Assembly: GCA_001784725.1 (NCBI GenBank)
Contig: MFRX01000009.1
Coordinates: forward strand, 72,425-107,360
Origin: Candidatus Moranbacteria bacterium RIFCSPHIGHO2_02_FULL_40_12b
Lineage (GTDB): Bacteria; Patescibacteriota; Minisyncoccia; Moranbacterales; 2-12-FULL-40-10
Length of the DNA: 34,936 nucleotides
Direction of reading: 5' to 3'
Position numbers and translations under genes: made by a program. Numbering within the stretch: position 1 is the stretch's first letter; the number at the start of each line of letters is the position of its first letter. The notes under the pieces are model-generated. The model had not been told where the DNA came from, searched no databases, and saw nothing but the letters and a program-made list of their open reading frames with translations. This document shows, piece by piece, positions 27,609 through 34,543 of the stretch.

Positions 27609-28916
27609 ATGAACATTTGCGTTATTGGAACGGGATATGTCGGGCTTATTACGGGCGCGTGTTTCGCGGAATTCGGGGTGAATGTCGTTTGTATTGATAA
27701 GGACGAGAAAAAAATTAGCCAGCTCAAAAAAGGGATAGTGCCGTTTTATGAGCCGGGAGCGGAAGAACTCCTGCAAAGAAATCTCAAAGCGAATAGGATA
27801 ATATTCACCACTAATGTCGCGGACGCGGTGAAAAATTCACTGGTGATTTTTATCGCCGTCGGCACGCCTCCGCGAGGAGACGGTTCGGCGGATATGAGTT
27901 ATGTAGAAGAAGTGGCAAAGGAAATTGGGAAGCACAGCGACGGCTATAAAGTCGTTGTGACGAAAAGCACAGTTCCGGTGGGAACCGGAGAAAGAATAAA
28001 ACAGATAATCTCCAAAAACCTGAAAAGTAAAGTAAAGTTTGACGTGGTGTCCAATCCGGAATTCCTGCGCGAGGGCTCGGCGGTGGAGGATTTTATGAGA
28101 CCAAATCGGGTGGTTATCGGAGCGGAAAATAAACAGGCGATAGCCATTCTTAAGGATCTTTACCGGCCTCTGTATCTCATTGAAACGCCATTTGTCATTA
28201 CAAATGTGAAAACCGCGGAACTCATTAAATACGCGTCTAACGCGTTTCTGGCTGTAAAGATTTCCTATATCAATGAAATAGCTAATCTTTGCGAGGCGCT
28301 TGGAGTCGATGTGCAGGTGGTGGCGAAAGCGATGGGACTAGATCAGCGAATCGGCCCGAAATTCTTGCATGCTGGTCCGGGATACGGAGGATCATGTTTT
28401 CCCAAAGACACTAACGCGCTGGCCAAAATAAGCCGGGGAAATAACATACTGCTAAACCTCGTGGAAGCGGCTATAAAGACGAATAGAAATCAGAAACAAA
28501 GAATGGTGGATAAGATAATGGCTGGTACCAAAGGAGTGAGAGGGAAAACGATTGCTATCCTGGGACTCTCGTTTAAACCCAATACCAATGACATTCGGGA
28601 ATCACCAGCCATGGAAATTGCTCAAGATTATCTAAGTTTTAAATTAGGCGCCAAGATTAGGGCTTATGACCCGGAAGCAATGCAAGACGCAAGAAAAGTA
28701 ATGCCAAAGGCGATCTACTGCAAAGACGCCTACGACGCGGTCAAAGGCGCGGACGCGCTGGTAATTGCCACTGAATGGAACCAGTTCCGGAATCTTGATC
28801 TGGCAAGGTTGAAGAAATTAATGAAGGGTAAGTTTTTCTTCGATCTCCGCAATATCTATGACCCGAAAAAAGCGAGAGAAGCCGGATTTGAATATTATTC
28901 AACCGGTCGAGTATAA
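27609..28916 (+). CDS. ugd: UDP-glucose 6-dehydrogenase
   Basis: GTGYVG, AVGTP, KSTVPVGT, NPEFLREG, GYGGSCFPKD and FKPNTNDIRES motifs. Confidence 0.95.
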   Translation: MNICVIGTGYVGLITGACFAEFGVNVVCIDKDEKKISQLKKGIVPFYEPGAEELLQRNLKANRIIFTTNVADAVKNSLVIFIAVGTPPRGDGSADMSYVEEVAKEIGKHSDGYKVVVTKSTVPVGTGERIKQIISKNLKSKVKFDVVSNPEFLREGSAVEDFMRPNRVVIGAENKQAIAILKDLYRPLYLIETPFVITNVKTAELIKYASNAFLAVKISYINEIANLCEALGVDVQVVAKAMGLDQRIGPKFLHAGPGYGGSCFPKDTNALAKISRGNNILLNLVEAAIKTNRNQKQRMVDKIMAGTKGVRGKTIAILGLSFKPNTNDIRESPAMEIAQDYLSFKLGAKIRAYDPEAMQDARKVMPKAIYCKDAYDAVKGADALVIATEWNQFRNLDLARLKKLMKGKFFFDLRNIYDPKKAREAGFEYYSTGRV

Positions 28917-28923
28917 AAACTAG

Positions 28924-28955
28924 AAATCCAAGCGGGATTCCGCTTGGATTTTTTT
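28924..28955 (+). terminator. Rho-independent terminator after ugd
   Basis: 12-bp perfect stem AAATCCAAGCGG/CCGCTTGGATTT, 4-nt loop, T tract. Confidence 0.75.
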
Positions 28956-28989
28956 ATTACAAGAATAAAAACAGATATACATCTAGAAC

Positions 28990-29062
28990 TTACGCGTTTA
29001 GTTTAGACATCCGATATCTTGCGACCATAGCGACCGAAAGACATCGGATGTCTTCCGCGTAA
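28990..29062. repeat. Compound inverted repeat (REP/REPIN-like)
   Basis: AGACATCCGATATCTT (29005-29020) / AAGACATCGGATGTCT (29038-29053), one mismatch, each arm quasi-palindromic; outer TTACGCG/CGCGTAA. Confidence 0.8.
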
Positions 29063-29072
29063 ATCCCTGATG

Positions 29073-29585
29073 TTATTCTTTTCCATTTAATATTTCTTCC
29101 GTCACCCGGTTTTTGCAGGATTTTTTAATTCCTAAATCCCCAATCTGCTCGCAAATTTTAAAGTCCTTTTCGGAAATTGCCAAGTCCTTCAGGCAATAAT
29201 CTTTTTCCAGTCCCTCCAATTCGCCGCACGAACCGGCTGCTTTTTTTGCCGTAAAACCGCAAATTTCCCGGCAGTATTCCAGCTCGTCAGCGTCGCTTTT
29301 AAAATTTTCGCATTTGTTATCACAGTCGTTTTTGGTAATTTCCAAAAATTCTTCTTCCTCAATGGGTTCTTTGTTTTTTTCTTCTTCTTTCCCGACGGCA
29401 TCGCTAGCGCTTTCCGTATTATCTATTTTTTGCGGTTCTTCGTTCGGTTTGGGAATAGAGGATTCGGATTTTTTCGGTTCCGGTTTGGATAGATAACGTT
29501 TTTTTACGATTGGATAAGCGTAATAAACCAGTCCGGCGGCTGCCAGCGCGTAAATCAATAAAATTATTTTGGATTTTCTAAGCAT
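29073..29585 (-). CDS. Membrane-anchored Cys-rich hypothetical protein
   Basis: N-terminal TM, P/E/K linker, 9 Cys including DYCLKDLA...ICEQI...SC. Confidence 0.8.
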   Translation of the reverse strand: MLRKSKIILLIYALAAAGLVYYAYPIVKKRYLSKPEPKKSESSIPKPNEEPQKIDNTESASDAVGKEEEKNKEPIEEEEFLEITKNDCDNKCENFKSDADELEYCREICGFTAKKAAGSCGELEGLEKDYCLKDLAISEKDFKICEQIGDLGIKKSCKNRVTEEILNGKE

Positions 29586-29612
29586 ATTTTTTATCTTTTT
29601 TACTTATTACCC

Positions 29613-29668
29613 AAGGTTCAACCTTGAGGAATTTCCCGGCTTGCCGGGAAAGGAAAAGGTTGAACCTT
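29613..29668. repeat. 56-bp palindromic element, intergenic copy
   Basis: AAGGTTCAACCTT...CCCGGCTTGCCGGG...AAGGTTGAACCTT; reverse complement matches 34797-34852 at 53/56. Confidence 0.9.
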
Positions 29669-29690
29669 GAAAAAAATTAAAAATTTATTT

Positions 29691-31172
29691 CTAATACGCT
29701 TGGTGGAGATTGATGTTGTAAAAATAATAACCTAAAATATCATCCCAATCCCAGCCGTAATTAGTCGCCAGGTTAAGCGAGCCGTTGGCGATGAGCCCCA
29801 CCATATGATTTCCTTCATTTTCCAAGGTCGCAGTGCTTTTAGTCGCGTGCTTTCCGTATGGATCGTCAACGGAGCGGCACCAAGGATACGCGGTTGAGCC
29901 CCAGCGTTCTTCAAAGCTCCGGGTTCTCCCGTCGCTCCAGGAAGAATAGGGCGTAAGCGCGATTTCATTTGTGCTTCCGTTCAGATACATCACGATTTTT
30001 CCGCGCGTATCTTCAGCGGCGGTTTTGATATTGGTGTGCGCTGTTTCCCAGTCATAGCCGTAATACAGCTGGGAAGAAGTGGTGGCGGTAACCTTGAAGC
30101 CCTGCGCCGCGTATTTGGTGCTGAATTTTATTTTCCAGTATCCGTATGTCCTGAATGCCGTTACCATAGTGCGATTGTGGTCAGCGTCGCCCGTTCCGGT
30201 GATTTCGCCCATCCCCCAGATGTATTGCTCAAGAGGCAGTGTGTTAATGACCCAAATGCGATCATCGCTGGAACTAGAAGCGTCATAAAATGAAAGGCCT
30301 ATTGTTCCGCGATATTGGTCGTAAGAAGATCCCGGATTATTGATGTCAAAAATCAAATCGCTATTGTCGCCGTCAACCGCGTCAAAAGAGACAATGTTGG
30401 TGAAATTGGTTGCAGTTAGGGATTCGTAGGCCTGCAGTACACTGTCGGAGATGTATTTAACTTTCGTGTATGTCGCAGCCGGAATCTGCGCGATTATATT
30501 CCCATTATTGTCTTTGATATTGTAATCCTTATTGGCTTTTATCCTGAAGTAGCTGTCCTGAAGGTCGTTTTTGGTATAACCAAGAATGCCAACGGTAATA
30601 TTTGGTCCGTTTGCGCCGCCTCCCAGGTCAGCTTCTCCGATATTGGCGGCAATGGCGGCCTGGGCGGCCACATAGCGGTCATAGCCGGCCTTATTTTCAT
30701 CGGTGCCGTAGTTTTTGTAGTCGTTATATCTGTCTTTGTCGTATTTTTTATACTTTGAATACTTGCCGTATTTTTTGTAGGGAATAACGTATTTTTTATA
30801 TTTGCCGTATTTTTTGTATTCCGTCTCATAAATCCCATATTGGCGGTATTGGGTGGGATTTTTTTTGTAAAGCCGATATTTATCATATTTGTCTTTGTAT
30901 TCCGCCTTTTCTTTTGGGTCATCAAATCCGTATTTATCCTTGTTTTTCTTATATTTCTGGTATTTGTCGTATTTTTTCTTTTTCTCATATTTTTTGTATA
31001 AGCTGTATTTTTGAAAGGCAGTGTAATCATCCTGAAGAGTAGTTGTATCTTCAGCTTCGGCATTTCGAACAAAACTAATCCTTTCTCCTATTTGAAAAAG
31101 GCCTAATAAGAAAATCATCAATAAAATTCCGGTAATAGCGGTTTTTTTGATATTTTTTTTGTTTTTGATCAT
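29691..31172 (-). CDS. Exported SpoIID/LytB-domain protein with Lys/Tyr-rich N-terminal region
   Basis: Signal/TM ending AEA; YRG, INTLPLEQYIWGMGE, AFRTY, SSQLYYG, TRG, RSVDDP, HMVGL and ILGYYF motifs. Confidence 0.8.
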   Translation of the reverse strand: MIKNKKNIKKTAITGILLMIFLLGLFQIGERISFVRNAEAEDTTTLQDDYTAFQKYSLYKKYEKKKKYDKYQKYKKNKDKYGFDDPKEKAEYKDKYDKYRLYKKNPTQYRQYGIYETEYKKYGKYKKYVIPYKKYGKYSKYKKYDKDRYNDYKNYGTDENKAGYDRYVAAQAAIAANIGEADLGGGANGPNITVGILGYTKNDLQDSYFRIKANKDYNIKDNNGNIIAQIPAATYTKVKYISDSVLQAYESLTATNFTNIVSFDAVDGDNSDLIFDINNPGSSYDQYRGTIGLSFYDASSSSDDRIWVINTLPLEQYIWGMGEITGTGDADHNRTMVTAFRTYGYWKIKFSTKYAAQGFKVTATTSSQLYYGYDWETAHTNIKTAAEDTRGKIVMYLNGSTNEIALTPYSSWSDGRTRSFEERWGSTAYPWCRSVDDPYGKHATKSTATLENEGNHMVGLIANGSLNLATNYGWDWDDILGYYFYNINLHQAY

Positions 31173-31174
31173 AT

Positions 31175-31204
31175 AAAAACTGCTATCCTAATGATAGCAG
31201 TTTT
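31175..31204 (-). terminator. Terminator-like hairpin between the two exported-protein genes
   Basis: AAAACTGCTATC / GATAGCAGTTTT 12-bp inverted repeat, 5-nt loop. Confidence 0.6.
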
Positions 31205-31232
31205 GGGATTATCTCTCAAATCAGACATAAAA

Positions 31233-32264
31233 TCAGAATATTTTCAGTTCATTCAGCTTGAGATTGATAATATCTTTTAATAATATTCTGTTTTTATATC
31301 TTTTGGTAGTGTTGCCATTAATAACTTTTAGTTTCATTTTTGGTTTTTGCGCTTTTTGAATTTTATGAAATTTAAAGAAAGCAACAATCTTTGATCCCTT
31401 CTTATAAGATATTTTCAGGGGCTCTTTCCCTCCCAGCGTAACATCCGTACCTTTGTTAAAATAGTCTCCGCTGATTATGAATTTTAATCGTGTTTCTCCG
31501 GAATTACTGATATATTTTTGGATTTTCACTTTGGAAATTTTCGGGGTCTCGCTTGAGCCCTCTACCACTTCAAAAGTGGAAAAATGGGCGGCGTTGAAAG
31601 TGATAGTATGGGCGTCGCGGTCATAAACCAAGCCGGAAACCACTCCACCTGTATCTTCTTCGCCGTTGACTAAAATTTCCGGATCTTCAAAATCGTCCAC
31701 GTTATACATCGTCAGCACTGCTCCATAGCCCGCCATCCCGCCAACAATGTCAGCATCCAACCCGATTAATCCATCTCCGGTTTCCATGGCATTTCCGAAA
31801 TTCATCATAAAAGTCATGAAGTTATAACTCATAAAATCAATCGGAATGGTAAAGGCGATTCTTCCGTCCGCCACTCCGCCAGTACTGTGTTCAAAATACA
31901 AATTTTCCACACTATGCCAATTCGTCGCGTCCCAAAGATTGGTTTCAACCGATTCATCGCCTTGACCCATGCCTGATTCCATATTAGTTCTCATACTGGC
32001 TAATCCTTCACAAGCGCCATCCCTGGGCCCGGCAACGTTTTCCGCGGGAATTCCTCCCGCCAAAAGAGCCGCTTCCGCCACATCTTCGCAGTCCAGATCA
32101 TCCGGGGTCTGCATCTGCGCCATGACGTCCCAAATAAAATGGTTTTCATTATCCATTGGATCGCCATCCATTTCCGCTTCGGTGATTACAGCGCTGGCTT
32201 TTTTGGCTGGCGCAAAAAACAAAACTAGCCCGATAACAAGGCACGGTATAATTATTTTTTTCAT
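31233..32264 (-). CDS. Secreted hypothetical protein: acidic Met-rich N-domain, HFS motif, basic Ig/IPT-like C-domain
   Basis: Signal peptide MKKII...ASA; D/E/M-rich up to AAHFSTF; then PKISKV...ISGDYF...VTLGG Lys-rich domain. Confidence 0.75.
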   Translation of the reverse strand: MKKIIIPCLVIGLVLFFAPAKKASAVITEAEMDGDPMDNENHFIWDVMAQMQTPDDLDCEDVAEAALLAGGIPAENVAGPRDGACEGLASMRTNMESGMGQGDESVETNLWDATNWHSVENLYFEHSTGGVADGRIAFTIPIDFMSYNFMTFMMNFGNAMETGDGLIGLDADIVGGMAGYGAVLTMYNVDDFEDPEILVNGEEDTGGVVSGLVYDRDAHTITFNAAHFSTFEVVEGSSETPKISKVKIQKYISNSGETRLKFIISGDYFNKGTDVTLGGKEPLKISYKKGSKIVAFFKFHKIQKAQKPKMKLKVINGNTTKRYKNRILLKDIINLKLNELKIF

Positions 32265-32333
32265 TTTTTTATTTGCCCCCCTTAAATTACTAATTAATTA
32301 TGGTTTAATTATATACCATTTACCGGAAAAAAG

Positions 32334-32342
32334 TTATCCACA
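32334..32342 (+). promoter_or_regulatory. Consensus DnaA box TTATCCACA in a divergent promoter region
   Basis: Exact 9-mer; single copy, function unproven. Confidence 0.4.
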
Positions 32343-32367
32343 CCCCTGCGAAGCAATTTTATAAAAT

Positions 32368-32395
32368 TTGCTAATCGCTGATTTTTTGCTACAAT
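32368..32395 (+). promoter_or_regulatory. Sigma70 promoter TTGCTA-16-TACAAT with extended -10, likely leaderless
   Basis: TGcTACAAT ends 6 nt before ATG 32402. Confidence 0.6.
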
Positions 32396-32401
32396 GTTTT
32401 T

Positions 32402-33397
32402 ATGAGTGAAAAGCCATATTTATCCATTATCGCGCCTCTTTACAATGAAGAAGGGAATGTGAAAAAGCTTCACGAAAAAATCGTCGGAGCTATGAATAAT
32501 TTAACCCTCTCTCCAGCTCTCTCCCTGCCTCGCCGGCAGGCGGACCAAAATGGGCGAGGGGGCGGGTTGTATGAGATTATTTTTATTGACGATGGTTCTG
32601 CTGATAATACGGTTAAAGAATGTGAGGGATTAATTCCTCTGAAACTGATAAAATTCCGGAAAAACTTTGGGCAGACCGCCGCGTTTGACGCGGGAATAAA
32701 GAATTCAAGCGGTGAAATTATCATCACGATGGACGGTGATATGCAGAATGATCCGAATGACATTAAACTTTTAATAGAAGAATTAGACAAAGGTTACGAT
32801 GTTGTTTCCGGCTGGCGCTGGAAAAGAAAGGACTCATTATTAAAAAAGATTTTTTCCCGCGGCGCCAATCTTTTGCGGAAAATTTTAGTCAAAGACAATA
32901 TTCACGATTCTGGATGCAGTTTGAAAGCGTACCGGCGGGAATGTTTTGAAGACATGGATTTATTCGGCGAAATGCACCGCTTTATTCCGGCGATGCTCCA
33001 ACTTCAGGGATTTAGAGTCGGGGAAGCGAAAGTGAACCACCTGCCTCGCGTTGCCGGAAAAACGAAATATAACTGGAAAAGATCAATTAAAGGATTTACT
33101 GATATGCTGGCGATATGGTTCTGGCGGAAATATTCCAGCCGCCCGCTGCATTTATTCGGCGGGGGAGGAATAATTTTTTCTTTGGCAGGCGTGGCGATTT
33201 TAATCTGGATGGCGGTTATCAAGATATTTTACGGAGCTTCGCTTTCGGAAAAAATCTGGCCGATGGTTGGAGTATTTTTAATGCTGGTTGGAATACAATT
33301 ATTCGTTTCTGGATTACTGGCGGACATCGCGATAAAAAATTATTACAAAAACCGGAATAGGATGAATTATACGATTAAAGAAATTAGGGAACAATAG
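32402..33397 (+). CDS. ArnC/GtrB-like undecaprenyl-phosphate glycosyltransferase (GT2 plus two C-terminal TMs)
   Basis: PLYNEE, IDDGS, RKNFGQTAA, DGDMQNDP, DSGCSLKAYR and GEMHRFIP motifs. Confidence 0.9.
   Translation: MSEKPYLSIIAPLYNEEGNVKKLHEKIVGAMNNLTLSPALSLPRRQADQNGRGGGLYEIIFIDDGSADNTVKECEGLIPLKLIKFRKNFGQTAAFDAGIKNSSGEIIITMDGDMQNDPNDIKLLIEELDKGYDVVSGWRWKRKDSLLKKIFSRGANLLRKILVKDNIHDSGCSLKAYRRECFEDMDLFGEMHRFIPAMLQLQGFRVGEAKVNHLPRVAGKTKYNWKRSIKGFTDMLAIWFWRKYSSRPLHLFGGGGIIFSLAGVAILIWMAVIKIFYGASLSEKIWPMVGVFLMLVGIQLFVSGLLADIAIKNYYKNRNRMNYTIKEIREQ
32503..32568. repeat. GC-rich nested palindromic insertion in-frame within the GT2 gene
   Basis: Outer AACCCTCTC...GGGCGAGGGGGCGGGTT, inner CCTGCC-tcgcc-GGCAGG; 66 bp. 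Confidence 0.7.
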
Positions 33398-33425
33398 AAT
33401 TAAGATTTAAGATTTAAGAATTAAG
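33396..33425. repeat. 7-nt tandem repeat (AGA[A/T]TTA)x4
   Basis: agaatta agattta agattta agaatta ag fills nearly the whole GT2-pheS gap. Confidence 0.85.
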
Positions 33426-33428
33426 TAG

Positions 33429-34451
33429 ATGTTGGAGCAGAAAATTTTAAACATCAAAACCCAGGCGCTGGAAGAAATAAAGAAGACACTCAATGAGAAA
33501 GATCTCTTTAATTTGCGCGTGAAATATCTGGGAAGAAAAAGCGAATTTAATGCGATCCTTAAAAATCTTAGGAATCTTTCGGGCGAGGAAAAAAGAAAAA
33601 TCGGCCCACTCGCCAACGCGGTGAAGAAAGAAATTGAAGATGAACTGAAAAGCGCGGAAAAATTGATAAAATCAAAAAAATTTGACCATCAGGCGGAAAA
33701 AATTGACATCACCGCTCCGGGAAATAAAATAAAGCGCGGGCATCTGCATCCGATTACTAAAATTCAAAATGAAGTAGAGGATATTTTCGCGCTTATGGGT
33801 TTTGAAATCGCGGAAGGTCCGGAAGTAGAAACTGATTTTTATAATTTTGATTCATTGAATATTCCCAAAGACCATCCGGCGCGCGATATGATGGACACTT
33901 TCCGGATAAAAGAAAAAAAAGATGTATTATTGAGAACGCATGTGAGCGCCATTCAAGTAAGATATATGGAAAAAAACAAACCGCCATTCAGAGTAGTGAT
34001 GCCGGGGAGGGTCTTCAGAAACGAAGCGACGGATGTCTCTCACGAACATACTTTTTACCAAATGGACGGGATGATGGCGGGCGAAGATGTATCGGCGGCC
34101 AATTATTACGCGATAATAGGCGAATTTTTGAAAAGATTTTTCGGAAAAAATATCAAGACCCGGATGCGCCCCAGCTTTTTCCCGTTCACCGAGCCCAGTT
34201 TTGAAATTGATTTTGAATGCCTGATTTGCAAGGGGAAAGGTTGCGCGGTTTGCAAAAATACCGGCTGGATTGAAATTATACCGGGCGGAATGATTAACCA
34301 GCATGTTTTTGTTTCCGCGGGTTATCCCCGCAACAAGTATCAGGGCTTCGCGTTTGACATCGGCATTACGCGCCTGGCGATGATGAAATATAAGATTGAC
34401 GACATCCGCTTATTTCACAGCGGGGATTTGAGGTTTATTAAACAATTTTAG
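33429..34451 (+). CDS. pheS: Phenylalanine--tRNA ligase alpha subunit
   Basis: GHLHP, YNFDSLNIPKDHPARDMMDTF, PGRVFR, FPFTEPS, CxxC-CxxC insert and IDDIRLF motifs. Confidence 0.97.
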   Translation: MLEQKILNIKTQALEEIKKTLNEKDLFNLRVKYLGRKSEFNAILKNLRNLSGEEKRKIGPLANAVKKEIEDELKSAEKLIKSKKFDHQAEKIDITAPGNKIKRGHLHPITKIQNEVEDIFALMGFEIAEGPEVETDFYNFDSLNIPKDHPARDMMDTFRIKEKKDVLLRTHVSAIQVRYMEKNKPPFRVVMPGRVFRNEATDVSHEHTFYQMDGMMAGEDVSAANYYAIIGEFLKRFFGKNIKTRMRPSFFPFTEPSFEIDFECLICKGKGCAVCKNTGWIEIIPGGMINQHVFVSAGYPRNKYQGFAFDIGITRLAMMKYKIDDIRLFHSGDLRFIKQF

Positions 34452-34456
34452 CGGTC

Positions 34457-34536
34457 TTTACGAATTACGAATTTACTACGAATATACGAATAAATTTGAT
34501 GATTAGTATATTAGTATTTGATTAGTAATTAGTAAA
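34457..34536. repeat. Imperfect long inverted repeat built from TAC(G/T)AAT heptamers
   Basis: Left arm has 4x TACGAAT, right arm 4x ATTAGTA; 34-nt core arms pair at 27/34; 10-nt loop. Confidence 0.8.
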
Positions 34537-34543
34537 TATTCAA

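Noticed and set aside
28924-29668. CRISPR array or tRNA among the clustered hairpins
   Set aside because: The hairpins differ in sequence, with no repeat-spacer periodicity, no cloverleaf and no cas genes.
30539-31072. 177-aa alternative-frame ORF inside the SpoIID gene
   Set aside because: By-product of the low-complexity Lys/Tyr codons, which lack stops in that frame.
32334-32342. Replication origin
   Set aside because: Single DnaA box; no box cluster and no dnaA/dnaN nearby.
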